A stretch of DNA of 32,000 bases from Candidatus Kuenenia stuttgartensis (GTDB lineage: Bacteria > Planctomycetota > Brocadiia > Brocadiales > Brocadiaceae). The DNA is taken from the NCBI RefSeq assembly GCF_900232105.1, contig NZ_LT934425.1, forward strand, positions 1,200,001-1,232,000, given 5' to 3'. The notes under the pieces were generated by a model, which saw only the letters and a program-made list of their open reading frames with translations, ran no database searches and was not told the origin of the DNA. Within the stretch, counting starts at the first letter, position 1; each line of letters opens with the position of its first letter. The translations under genes were made by a program, and so were the position numbers. This document shows, piece by piece, positions 1-8,518 of the stretch.

Positions 1-398
1 TGTCGAATTGCACTCCCCTGGAGATTGAAGCGATAAGACTTGCACTCGCACATAAAGACGATCTCTGTGCATTGGGCGCATTGTCAGAATCGGTGAAACT
101 CCATGAGGGTTTGTCTGTGGGAGCAGCGTGGAGCGTGTACCAAGTGGCAAAGGAATTAGGGATAGAAGAGGCATTGGGAAAGGACTTTGAAGGAAAGCTG
201 GCGCTTTGGCAAGTAATGGCAAGGGTAATAGGCCAGGGGTCAAGACTGTCTGCAGTAAGGCTGGCGCAGATACATGCTGCGGGTGACGTCCTGGATATGA
301 AGCGTGGGTTTGACGAGAACAATCTGTACGATAATTTGTCATGGTTGTCAGAGAATCAGGCAAAGATAGAGCGAAAGCTGTTTGAGTTAAGATGCTAA
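1..398 (+). pseudogene. IS1634-like transposase, fragment (N-terminal part, continues outside the window on the left, truncated on the right)
   Basis: Frame 3 is open from base 3 and reads ...CTPLEIEAIRLALAHKDDLCALGALSESVKLHEGLSVGAAWSVYQVAKELGIEEAL...NLYDNLSWLSENQAKIERKLFELRC*. It ends abruptly where an IS1634-type protein would continue into its catalytic domain. Confidence 0.6.
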
Positions 399-430
399 GC
401 CCCACAATAAATGAACCTGGAATTCTCAGA

Positions 431-733
431 TTAAGTGGAATTAATATATTGAGGTAAAACGGATTTTAGCAGATAGACAGCATCTGGGAAAGAGGAGTTG
501 GAATCTACCATGACGATGTCGATGGTATTAAAGTTTTTTTTACAACGGAAACACCTGGCGAGGTTCGTATTTGGGTTGGTGGCGGAATTAAATTCAGAAC
601 AGAGAGGGCAGAGGAAGCGGAAATAGCCTTCGGAGTATTTATGAGGTATGGAGAGGACATCAGCGATGAGTCGATCGATGGGGATATCGTTTCGTAATGA
701 GCGCAAGAGTTGAGGGGAAAAGAGACGGGCCAT
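431..733 (-). CDS. Small CHC2/DnaG-type zinc-finger protein of a transposition cassette
   Basis: 100-aa ORF with RFLCPLCSEFNSATNPNTNLARCFRCKKNFNTIDIVM, a CPxC...CFxC primase-type zinc finger pattern. It lies directly downstream of the ATPase ORF on the same strand. Confidence 0.65.
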   Translation of the reverse strand: MARLFSPQLLRSLRNDIPIDRLIADVLSIPHKYSEGYFRFLCPLCSEFNSATNPNTNLARCFRCKKNFNTIDIVMVDSNSSFPDAVYLLKSVLPQYINST

Positions 734-744
734 GGTAGACCTCC

Positions 745-1536
745 TTAAAAAGATTGAATTTCAGCAAGAGCCTGATGGAAGATATCCTGGGTAATTTTCT
801 GTGATTGTCTGATGGAAGCGTTAATCAGGCAGGCGGTGGAAATGGCGTTGATTTGCCTTGGGATGCCGGCGGAGAACTCATGGATCAGGTCTTTGACGTC
901 TGAGTCAAAGATTTTATCGGATGCGCCGGAAGATTTCAGATGGAAGTCTATGTATGCAGCGGTTTGAGTTTTAGTAAGGGGATGAATGTGGTAATGTACC
1001 GAGATGCGTTGTGCGAAGTCGGCATGGATGTCTCTTTTGAGGATATATTTGAGGTGTTCCTGTCCCGAGAGGATGATTTTGAGATGAGTGGAAGAATCAA
1101 GCGGAGAGCTGACAAGGAGTCTGAGGTCTGTGATGGCGTCGGTTTTCAGGAGATGAGCCTCGTCGATAACGATAATGGGAGTGAGATTTGAGCGCAAGGA
1201 TTTATCCATAATTTGGAGGAAGAGCCGGTCTTTGGTGTGTTTTGGTATTTCACCGAGCTGGGAGACGATTAAGGAGAGAAGGCTGGATGATTTTAGGTGG
1301 GTAAAATGGAGGTAGATGGGGAGAAACAGGTTTTGGGGGATTTGTGAGAGGAAGAGTTTGAGGAGTGTGGATTTTCCGACTCCCGTCTGTCCGTAGAGGA
1401 CGGCGATAGAGCCTGAGTGTAAGAGGTATTGGAGTCGTGCAAGCCCCTGGGTAAAGCGTTCGTCTTTCATGATAAGGCTGGTGTTGATTCTTTCAGAGAA
1501 CGGCTGAGTAGTCATGGAAAAATGAGAAGTAAACAT
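745..1536 (-). CDS. AAA ATPase, ExeA/TniB/TnsC-like transposition ATPase
   Basis: 263 aa; Walker A GQTGVGKST; Walker B TPIIVIDEAHLL; C-terminal FSAGIPRQINAI typical of ExeA/TniB-like proteins; located downstream of a DDE integrase. Confidence 0.85.
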   Translation of the reverse strand: MFTSHFSMTTQPFSERINTSLIMKDERFTQGLARLQYLLHSGSIAVLYGQTGVGKSTLLKLFLSQIPQNLFLPIYLHFTHLKSSSLLSLIVSQLGEIPKHTKDRLFLQIMDKSLRSNLTPIIVIDEAHLLKTDAITDLRLLVSSPLDSSTHLKIILSGQEHLKYILKRDIHADFAQRISVHYHIHPLTKTQTAAYIDFHLKSSGASDKIFDSDVKDLIHEFSAGIPRQINAISTACLINASIRQSQKITQDIFHQALAEIQSF

Positions 1537-1538
1537 GG

Positions 1539-2648
1539 TTAAGAGACCTCCTTTTTCGAGTAAGCGATTTGTAATTCACGAATGATATAGGGTAAGGTTT
1601 TCACGGAGGCATTTTGGAATGCCTCCGTGAGCAATGATTCGTTGAGAGCGGGGATACGGTTGTAGCATTTTTTAAGCGATTCGAGTTCATGAGAGCTGAA
1701 GGCGGAGAGAGAGCCTTTGTGTCCCATGAGGAGTGCGAGTTTCTGGACGAATGCCATGAATGGCCAGGGTCGTTCGGAGATGATTTGGTGGTAATCAATG
1801 CCTTTGGCCTGAGCCTGGAGAATGGATTTGTGTTTCTGAGTGATAAGGTCGAGGTAATTATGTTTTGGTTTTGAAGGTGAGGCGGCTGGAGTTTCAGCGC
1901 CCTGGTCGCGCAGGTAGAGATTTCCCGAGCCGAGGTATTCACCGTTTGCGGAATAGATCAAGACCTTTTTGAGATCGCCGTATGGGTCGTAACGGACTTC
2001 TACTTTATCGCCTCTGAGTTTGGGGTCAACACGGTAAAAGCGGTTATCAATGCGGACATCGGCAAAGGTTCTGTCAACGGTTCTGGGGATGCGTTTCATG
2101 AAGAAGGCAAGAGCGGCGTCCATATCGACGTGTCGGATGACGGTAAGCCCCTCGTCGTAGCGTTGTTTTGGAGATTGATTGGTTTCGGAGTGGATTCTTG
2201 CGTGATAGACAACGGCAAGGTAAGCGGAGAAGGCCTGGTTAATGGCATCAAGGGTGATAATGTCGCCGGAGCGGACTTCCGACTCGAACTGTGTCTGGCT
2301 GGTGCCGAAGAAACGTTCGACCAGTCCGCCGGGAGCAGGGTCGCGTGGTGGTCTGTGGATGAGTTTAATGCCGAGGTTGTAACAGGCAGAGCGCAGGGCG
2401 TCAGAGTGGTAGACCTTGGCATTGTCGAGGTAGAGTTCTTTGGGCGAGCCGTGGATAGTCCAGGCCCTGATGAGAGAATCGATAAGGATATCGAGGGTTT
2501 GTTTGAGATAATACCGTCCTTCGACCACATAACGGCTGTAGCAGTCGATAAAGAGACAGAGGTTTGTGGGAAGCGCCTCGCCGTCAACGAGCACGAAAGG
2601 GCCTTCCTGGAAGTCGCCAATCCAGAGGTCGTGGGTATGCTCACGGCT
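1539..2648 (-). CDS. DDE (rve / Mu-type C-terminal) integrase-transposase, catalytic part; joined to the upstream HTH ORF only through a frame change
   Basis: SREHTHDLWIGDFQEGPFVLVDG...CLFIDCYSRYVVEGRYY...ELYLDNAKVYHSD...PPRDPAPGGLVERFFGT shows the D...DN...E spacing. The ORF track opens at 2903, but residues upstream of about 2648 are the wrong-frame reading of the HTH region. Confidence 0.8.
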   Translation of the reverse strand, partial: SREHTHDLWIGDFQEGPFVLVDGEALPTNLCLFIDCYSRYVVEGRYYLKQTLDILIDSLIRAWTIHGSPKELYLDNAKVYHSDALRSACYNLGIKLIHRPPRDPAPGGLVERFFGTSQTQFESEVRSGDIITLDAINQAFSAYLAVVYHARIHSETNQSPKQRYDEGLTVIRHVDMDAALAFFMKRIPRTVDRTFADVRIDNRFYRVDPKLRGDKVEVRYDPYGDLKKVLIYSANGEYLGSGNLYLRDQGAETPAASPSKPKHNYLDLITQKHKSILQAQAKGIDYHQIISERPWPFMAFVQKLALLMGHKGSLSAFSSHELESLKKCYNRIPALNESLLTEAFQNASVKTLPYIIRELQIAYSKKEVS

Positions 2649-3099
2649 AAGAGCGTATACGCACCTTTTGCTGTGAGACGCCGAGTTTGAGCCGGGTCGC
2701 CCCTGCGAGTCTGAGATGGCGGTAGAGGGTGGATTTGGGGATCGTTTTCCCATAGTATTTCTCAAGAAAGCGGTTGAGGCAATCGTCGCTGCGGCGTGGT
2801 TGTTCTTTTTTGAGTTCAACGGCTTTGTCGATAATTTCAGGAGAAAACCTTCTGGATGCGCCACGGTCGCTCCTCGCCTTTCTTGCAAGAGATTGAAATC
2901 CATCTTTGCGGTAGCGGTTGAGTTTTCTCCTGAGGGTAGAGATAGTGGGTCTTTTCCGCTTTCCGTTGGGGAATACGACCTCCTGAAGGCAGAGTTTTTT
3001 CAGAAAAAGGTTGGTCTGCTCCTTCTCAATCTCACCGAAGATGACAGGATGCAGAAGATTGCACCAGAATAAAGCCCATTTTTCGTCTTTCGATTTCAT
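2647..3099 (-). CDS. N-terminal helix-turn-helix region of the DDE transposase
   Basis: RRKLNRYRKDGFQSLARKARSDRGASRRFSPEIIDKAVELKKEQPRRS...STLYRHLRLAGATRLKLGVSQQKVRIRS*. This is a typical HTH and linker region preceding an rve domain; it terminates at TAG exactly where the DDE frame takes over. Confidence 0.75.
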   Translation of the reverse strand: MKSKDEKWALFWCNLLHPVIFGEIEKEQTNLFLKKLCLQEVVFPNGKRKRPTISTLRRKLNRYRKDGFQSLARKARSDRGASRRFSPEIIDKAVELKKEQPRRSDDCLNRFLEKYYGKTIPKSTLYRHLRLAGATRLKLGVSQQKVRIRS

Positions 3100-3137
3100 A
3101 ATTCACCTCCTTTTTTAAGTGTGGAGGTGATTGTAAC

Positions 3138-3776
3138 TCAAGACCAGCCGCTTTTTGTTGCCAGTTCGGGGAAAAATGAATGCCCAAAAATTCGGTGATA
3201 TTCCGGCTCGGCGCTGAACAATTGAATCGATTGATCGAGGGAGGTTTTTCGTTGTTTGCTTTTATACTTTCCGTGGTAAATGGGAAACATTTGGCGAAAA
3301 ACCGGAGAGTTGGGGTCGGCCTGCCTGATGAGGTCAAAGGCGTTGCGGAGTGTGTATTTCAGTGAGCCAAAGAAACGCAGCCACCTCCAAACGGTTGACC
3401 AGGCAAGCATGCGGTTGTCTATTTCCTGTGTTCGGGTAGTATATCCGATGGCAGAGGAGACACTCCGGTAGGTTTCTGTATCATCTTTGACATAAGCCTG
3501 ACTGAAGGAGAGACAGTGATCCTTTACGTACCGCTTGTAAGGGAGCGCATACTCAGGATAGGAAGTAAACGTCTTCTTGCACAAGGAACATTTCCAACGT
3601 CCCAGGAAAGATTCTATCGTATGAACAAGGGAGTCGATAATAACGTGAAACAACCGATATCTGCATTCATGAAGGGTGAAATTGACATGGGTACTCTTGC
3701 ACTTTGGACAAAAGCATGGCTTCTGTTTTGTCGCAATAAGCTTTTCATGCTTGTGGATTTTTTCTATAATATTCAC
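3138..3776 (-). CDS. Zinc-ribbon/HTH-like protein, first gene of the transposition cassette (possibly DUF6431-like)
   Basis: 212 aa with CFCPKCKSTH and RWKCSLCKKTFTSYPEYALPYKRYVKD. Same strand as, and 38 bp upstream of, the HTH/DDE transposase ORF. Confidence 0.5.
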   Translation of the reverse strand: MNIIEKIHKHEKLIATKQKPCFCPKCKSTHVNFTLHECRYRLFHVIIDSLVHTIESFLGRWKCSLCKKTFTSYPEYALPYKRYVKDHCLSFSQAYVKDDTETYRSVSSAIGYTTRTQEIDNRMLAWSTVWRWLRFFGSLKYTLRNAFDLIRQADPNSPVFRQMFPIYHGKYKSKQRKTSLDQSIQLFSAEPEYHRIFGHSFFPELATKSGWS

Positions 3777-3928
3777 GCACTGCCTCCTTTGTATAGGGGG
3801 GAAATGGGCAGGAGGATGAAGTTTCCCAACGTTCGGTCCTCCTGCCCTGAGTTTTTTATGTTCCGGAAAAATCTTACAAAACTTGTCCTCGTGAAAACGG
3901 GGAACTGGGAAGTAAACCGCCGTTAGGA

Positions 3929-3960
3929 AGTTTGGAAGTGGTTTTAACCCCTTCCAAACT
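3929..3960. repeat. Inverted repeat / hairpin AGTTTGGAAGTGGTT-tt-AACCCCTTCCAAACT
   Basis: 15-nt arms with 14/15 matches, read directly. Confidence 0.8.
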
Positions 3961-4145
3961 ATTTAATGAGGCTTTACTCCGCCTTACGGACGGAACTTCT
4001 TTCTAACGGGGTAAACGATGTATTTTTCTTAACGTGAACAAAAAATCAAGTGAAATACTTACGCAGGATAAAAAAAAGGCGGGGTAGCTGGGTAAGATTT
4101 TTCAAATCATTTGCTGGGTATTAGACTCAAATATTCTGAGACTAA

Positions 4146-5348
4146 TTGGGCATTTTTGGAGCATTTATTCTAAGACGTAGCACCCGGTATCAGTTTGTCG
4201 ATGCGGTACAAATGGTAGTGATAGGGTTGATAGCAGGGGCGACATCGATGGTAGAGGTGATGAAGGTGTGTACAGATGAGGTATTGAAGAAGATGTCCGG
4301 GTGGAAAGAGGTACCTGTAGATACTACGATAGGACGTATTATGAAGCTGGCGAGTCAGGGAGATATAGTGGAACTGACGGGGGTGATCCACCGGTTTAGG
4401 GGAAAGATATGGAAGCGTGCGGTGAGATCAGGCCATAAACTCAGGAGTGCTCTTTGCGAAGTATGGATAGATGTTGATTCTACCGTAGATGGTGTATATG
4501 GGAAACAGGAGGGTGCAGAGGTAGGATATAATCCGCACAAGAAGGGGCAGAAGGCGTATCATCCCTTAATGGCATTTATTGCAGAAACAAAGGAGGTATT
4601 ACATAGTTGGTTCCGCTGTGGAAGCGCCTACACGAGTAACGGAGTAGTAGAGTTCATGAAGGAATGTATGGCGTACATGAATAAGGGGGTAAGGGTGGTA
4701 TTTCGGGGAGACAGCGGTTTTTTTACCGGAGAATTACTTGAATACCTTGAGTCAATATTGGCGGGATATCTGATTAAGGTAAAGCTGAAGAATCTGGAAG
4801 GATTGCTTGAAGGGCAGAAATGGAATGAGGTGAAAGGGGAGCCAGGATGGGAACAGGCTGAATTTTGGTATCGATGTGCAGGGTGGGATCGTGCGAGACG
4901 TTTTGTGGCAGTGCGGCAATTGGTCAAAAGAGAAAAGAAATTAGTAGAAGTGTCCGTGTATGAGTATTTTTGTTACGTTACAACGGAGCGGTTAAGTCCG
5001 ATGGAAGCGCATCGTTGTTATGGAAAGAGGGCTACCTGCGAGACTTTGATAGAAGAGAGTAAAGGACAGATGAATGCGGGGCACATACGTACGGGTGAAT
5101 TTTTGGCCAATGCTGCGCTATTTCAGTGTGCGGTGTTAGCGTATAATCTTTTGAAGTGGATGGGATTGCTCAGTGGTGGAGTGATACAACAGTGGGAAGT
5201 AAAGACGATGAGACTGTGGTTAATCCGTGTGGCAGGGAAACTGGTGGAGAGAAGCCGGCAGATGACATTAAAATTGCCGGAGAAATTTCTCCATCAGGAG
5301 GAATGGGAAAAGTGGGAACGCATGTCACTGGATGTAGTTTTTCAGTAG
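4146..5348 (+). CDS. IS1380-family transposase, possibly lacking its N-terminus
   Basis: 400 aa: RRSTRYQFVDAVQMVVIGLIAG..., IDVDSTVDGVYGKQEGAEVGYNPHKKGQKAYHPLMAF, VVFRGDSGFF, YGKRATCETLIEESKGQMNAGHIRTGEFLANAALFQCAVLAYNL. These are IS1380 signature motifs. The first recognisable motif sits only about 10 residues from the start. Confidence 0.8.
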   Translation: MGIFGAFILRRSTRYQFVDAVQMVVIGLIAGATSMVEVMKVCTDEVLKKMSGWKEVPVDTTIGRIMKLASQGDIVELTGVIHRFRGKIWKRAVRSGHKLRSALCEVWIDVDSTVDGVYGKQEGAEVGYNPHKKGQKAYHPLMAFIAETKEVLHSWFRCGSAYTSNGVVEFMKECMAYMNKGVRVVFRGDSGFFTGELLEYLESILAGYLIKVKLKNLEGLLEGQKWNEVKGEPGWEQAEFWYRCAGWDRARRFVAVRQLVKREKKLVEVSVYEYFCYVTTERLSPMEAHRCYGKRATCETLIEESKGQMNAGHIRTGEFLANAALFQCAVLAYNLLKWMGLLSGGVIQQWEVKTMRLWLIRVAGKLVERSRQMTLKLPEKFLHQEEWEKWERMSLDVVFQ

Positions 5349-5900
5349 AAAACCGACGTTGTATTTCGTTTTTTTAGTCTTTTGAGAGTGGTAAGTATAC
5401 CGCAGATGGAGACAGTACATCCCTATCTTGATTTTCATTGCATCAGAGAGCACGTTTCCGACAATTTCCCATGTCTTTTTGTTTAAAGTAGTACAATAGC
5501 GCTACCACAATTGCTAAAAAACGGATATCTGTTATCGCTTTTTGCCAATCTTGGTAGTGGAAAATACTGATTTTCGCATTGCGAAAATCGTTTGCAGGAT
5601 TTAGGTACAAATTAAACATACACCATTAGGCAGAAAAAATATAAAATCACCCATGAAAACTCAAAGATGTAGTGCCGAAAAATGAAGGACTAAAGTCGTA
5701 TCACATTGGCAATAAAAGAGATACGATTTCTGCTTGTCGAAGTTGGGTTAACTGAAGTTCACCTCTGCGAAACAACATAAGAATATGTGAACATATGAGA
5801 TAAGTAATTTTGCGTACCATTGTCAATATCTATCGTTGTACGCAGGGTTAAATTGCCGCAATCAAACTTGCCATGAAATGAAAAGAAGATTTATCGGTAC

Positions 5901-5954
5901 TTGACTCTCTCCGCCAAGGGCATTAATTAAATGCTGTTCTGTCATTCTTTTCAT
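5901..5954 (-). pseudogene. Rubrerythrin N-terminal remnant
   Basis: MKRMTEQHLINALGGESQ after a good RBS (ggggggt). The following VPINLLFISWQV* departs from the GESQAHMRY expected in rubrerythrin. Confidence 0.45.
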
Positions 5955-6054
5955 AAATACCCCCCTAGAAAAATAAAGCCTTACTACGAAAATATTCTTT
6001 TCAAACATCTTCGGTGGTAAGGCTGTCTTTTTTGCAACTACTAATACAGAAAGA

Positions 6055-6294
6055 TCAGACCAAAAGACCATTAAATTTATCCCTCCATTCTCTATATTCA
6101 AGTACGTAGTTATAGCCGCAAACCTTGCTTATTTCTCTGTTTTGTAATATTTTATCTATTATAAACGCACATTCTCTCGTTTCCCTTTGCGGACCATAGG
6201 GGTTGAAGATCATACCCTCTTTCTGAACAAAAACATAGTCACAGATTAACAGAATATTCTCAAAGATATAAAAGGTAAAACCTGGGGTATGCCC
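6055..6294 (-). pseudogene. C-terminal part of the metallo-beta-lactamase-fold hydrolase interrupted by the IS4-family element
   Basis: GHTPGFTFYIFENILLICDYVFVQKEGMIFNPYGPQRETRE... continues SGGHTP from the 5' fragment across the IS. Confidence 0.8.
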
Positions 6295-6312
6295 CATAAG
6301 CGCTAACTTGTT

Positions 6313-6534
6313 TTAGGTATGCTCGAAGTATTTTGATATCTGTGTTTTTCGGATTCTTGTATTTTCTGCTAAAGAACAAGCAATGTCATTCCAGCACTTA
6401 AGAACTTCCTGTAATGATAACGCTGGTTCTATAGCCCGTTTTACTTGATTAAGCATAAAAGCAAATTCACGCCATTTGCTTTTAGTCTTCTTGCTTGACA
6501 ATGAAGTATCCCCAGGGGGAAAAAGACGTAGCAA
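6313..6534 (-). CDS. C-terminal extension of the IS4-family transposase in the +1 frame
   Basis: SSKKTKSKWREFAFMLNQVKRAIEPALSLQEVLKCWNDIACSLAENTR, overlapping the end of the main ORF; also present in the second copy. Confidence 0.6.
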   Translation of the reverse strand: MLRLFPPGDTSLSSKKTKSKWREFAFMLNQVKRAIEPALSLQEVLKCWNDIACSLAENTRIRKTQISKYFEHT

Positions 6535-7585
6535 AATCTATTAGTTTTTCTGTCAAAAGAGCAACGAATAGTTTGCCATAAAGCCAAGCTTTTGAGCTAT
6601 CATCATCGTATTTAGGTAAGTGTCCAAATTGTGCTATTTGTTTAAATCTTTTAAAGACCAGTTCAATTTGCCATCGAACTCGATACCATTCTAAGATATC
6701 AAAAGCGGTAAATTGATTTTCAGGAAACGTTGTGAATACTATTACGTACTTGGCATAAATAAGGGTCTCCGGTTTTAGTTCAATGCCCTTTTTGCTTGCA
6801 TGTCTTTTAAGTTTTTTATGAGCTATTTTAATGGCTTCTTCTGTTTTGTGTATTATACAAAGACGACCTTTGACATATTCAGTATTATCAACGTTTGGAA
6901 TAAAAACGTTCCATGATTTTATAGCAAGGGGTCTTTTTAAATATTGGATTTCTTTCAATAAAGGAAAGGGTTTCTTTTCTTCGCCGAATATCCGTAGAGA
7001 TTGCGAATTAACTCTAACGCTAAGATAAGCGCCTTTCCTTGTTGCATGATGAATTCCTTGGCCAGTACAGTAACCTCTGTCAGCTATAATATAATCATCT
7101 TTTTTCATCGGAAACTGCCGAAAAGATTCTCCTGTGCCTTCTCCTTCAGTTCCCGTAAGTTTAAAGAAATCGCAAGATAATGAAGGAACCTCAATACTAT
7201 AATGAATGCGCCAAAGACTTCCTGTTTTCCCAGGTTCCTTTACTGTTGTTGCATCAAATAAGCGAAGATGAAAATTATTCCGTTTATTAATTTGGAGGCC
7301 ACGCTCACGGAATAAAGATAAACATAATTTATATAGCCATTCTTTGCTCTTTTTTAATCGCTTTAATAAGGCAACATCGGATAAATCTGCTAAGTTAGCA
7401 CGCTTGGCTCGAACTACTGTTTCACGCAATGAATAGCCACATCCTAAATGAATTAATAATGTTCGAAGAAGCTTTTCTTCAGATTTATCCTTGCGCAAGC
7501 CTTTTAAAGCATTTGTATCAACGGCTAAACTTTTCCAATCGTTTGGGAAGAAAGTTCTTAGAAGATCCCAATCTTCTCTCATCAT
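6482..7585 (-). CDS. IS4-family (DDE_Tnp_1) transposase, main ORF
   Basis: 367 aa: LRLFDATTVKEPGKTGSLWRIHYSIE..., DDYIIADRGYCTGQGIHHATRKGAYLSVRVN, EWYRVRWQIELVFKRFKQ (YREK-like motif region). Confidence 0.85.
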   Translation of the reverse strand: MMREDWDLLRTFFPNDWKSLAVDTNALKGLRKDKSEEKLLRTLLIHLGCGYSLRETVVRAKRANLADLSDVALLKRLKKSKEWLYKLCLSLFRERGLQINKRNNFHLRLFDATTVKEPGKTGSLWRIHYSIEVPSLSCDFFKLTGTEGEGTGESFRQFPMKKDDYIIADRGYCTGQGIHHATRKGAYLSVRVNSQSLRIFGEEKKPFPLLKEIQYLKRPLAIKSWNVFIPNVDNTEYVKGRLCIIHKTEEAIKIAHKKLKRHASKKGIELKPETLIYAKYVIVFTTFPENQFTAFDILEWYRVRWQIELVFKRFKQIAQFGHLPKYDDDSSKAWLYGKLFVALLTEKLIDFATSFSPWGYFIVKQED

Positions 7586-7678
7586 GGCTTTATCCTCCTA
7601 TAGAGTGATTAGCGGGATAATTAACATAAAAATACCATGATGAATAAAATTTGTCAATAAAACAAGTTAGCGCTTATG

Positions 7679-8140
7679 GGGGTATGCCCTCCGCTATGTA
7701 AGGCTTCTATGCCTTTTTCAAAAAAATTCTCTTTAAACTTTACATCAAAGGTGAAACCTGCACAGATTCTGTGGGCAGAATCCAGGTCATGTATGCGTAC
7801 CTGGGATTTAAAAAATTCACGGTACTGGTTACTCGCACCAAGAAAATGGTGATGGGTAAAGATGATTGCATCAACAGGCTCAAGACGATTGTCAAAGCAG
7901 GAAGGGCAGTCTATCCAAAAAGACTTATCTCCTGTCTCGATACGATAAGCAGCATGTTCCAATCCAAGGGCGGGGAAGGAGTTCAAGCGGGTTACCTTTT
8001 CGTTCACAGGGGTTCCCATGACTTTAAATTTCGCAGAACATTCCGCTGAAGTAATAAATTTTTCCTTAGGGGCACCACAGAAAGGACAATTATCAGGATA
8101 ATATCCTACTATGTTATAACCACATACCAAACAAACATAT
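7679..8140 (-). pseudogene. 5' part of a rubredoxin-like/metallo-beta-lactamase-fold protein gene, disrupted by the IS
   Basis: VKKEQYVCLVCGYNIVGYYPDNCPFCGAPKEKF (rubredoxin-like CxxCG..CPxCG), then DAIIFTHHHFLGASNQYREFF (MBL HxH motif), ending SGGHTP at the IS border. Confidence 0.75.
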
Positions 8141-8169
8141 TGTTCTTTTTTCACTACACAATTTATTAA

Positions 8170-8518
8170 AGGGACACTTCCCATATTTAATTTACCTCCG
8201 ATTCTTTTTCCTTTTCCTTTTCCTTGGCCTACCGGCCTTCTTTGGCAAAAGGCCACGATCAAGCGCTTTCTCAGGCTTTTTTACAAATCGCTCTGTGCCA
8301 AGCGGCCTCCCTGTTTTGTTATAGCCACTGAGGGTCTTTAGATTAAAACGCCTTGTCTTCATCGTCAAAAAAAGACGTCTCCCCGATTGTTTCCACGTTG
8401 GGTGATATGGTGCAGATAATTCACAGCGCAGACTCTCGCTATTTTTTTGGCATACAGGGCATACAGAGGAAAATATCACACCTTAACGTGCATGTCAAAA
8501 AATATGGGAAATGTCCCT
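8170..8518 (-). mobile_element. Decayed REP-associated tyrosine (Y1/RAYT, IS200-like) transposase element
   Basis: Minus strand encodes VNYLHHITQRGNNR (Y1_Tnp N-terminus) and, in the 8192-8479 ORF, GYNKTGRPLGTERFVKKPEKALDRGLLPKKAGRPRK (RAYT C-terminus). Bordered by AGGGACACTTCCCATATTT...AAATATGGGAAATGTCCCT. Confidence 0.75.

Larger units (their letters stand above)
6295..7678 (-). mobile_element. IS4-family insertion sequence, copy 1 (1384 bp)
   Basis: Terminal inverted repeat CATAAGCGCTAACTTGTTTT / AAAACAAGTTAGCGCTTATG; 11-bp target duplication GGGGTATGCCC at 6284-6294 and 7679-7689; transposase inside. Confidence 0.9.

Noticed and set aside
2649-2903. N-terminal ~85 residues of the 1539-2903 ORF as genuine protein
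   Set aside because: They are the off-frame translation of the HTH region, which is clearly coding in the 2647-3099 frame.
940-3072. Overlapping ORFs at 940-1191 +, 1601-1942 -, 1689-1874 +, 2096-2644 -, 2130-2690 + and 2716-3072 +
   Set aside because: They overlap the supported ATPase/integrase ORFs in other frames and show no domain signature.
5862-6101. 79-aa ORF as a real protein
   Set aside because: The first half overlaps the MBL 3' end in another frame; only MKRMTEQHLINALGGESQ looks authentic, as a rubrerythrin start.
8192-8479. Independent 95-aa gene
   Set aside because: Only the C-terminal part matches the RAYT family, and the authentic N-terminal motif lies in a different frame, so it is a pseudogene remnant, not an intact gene.
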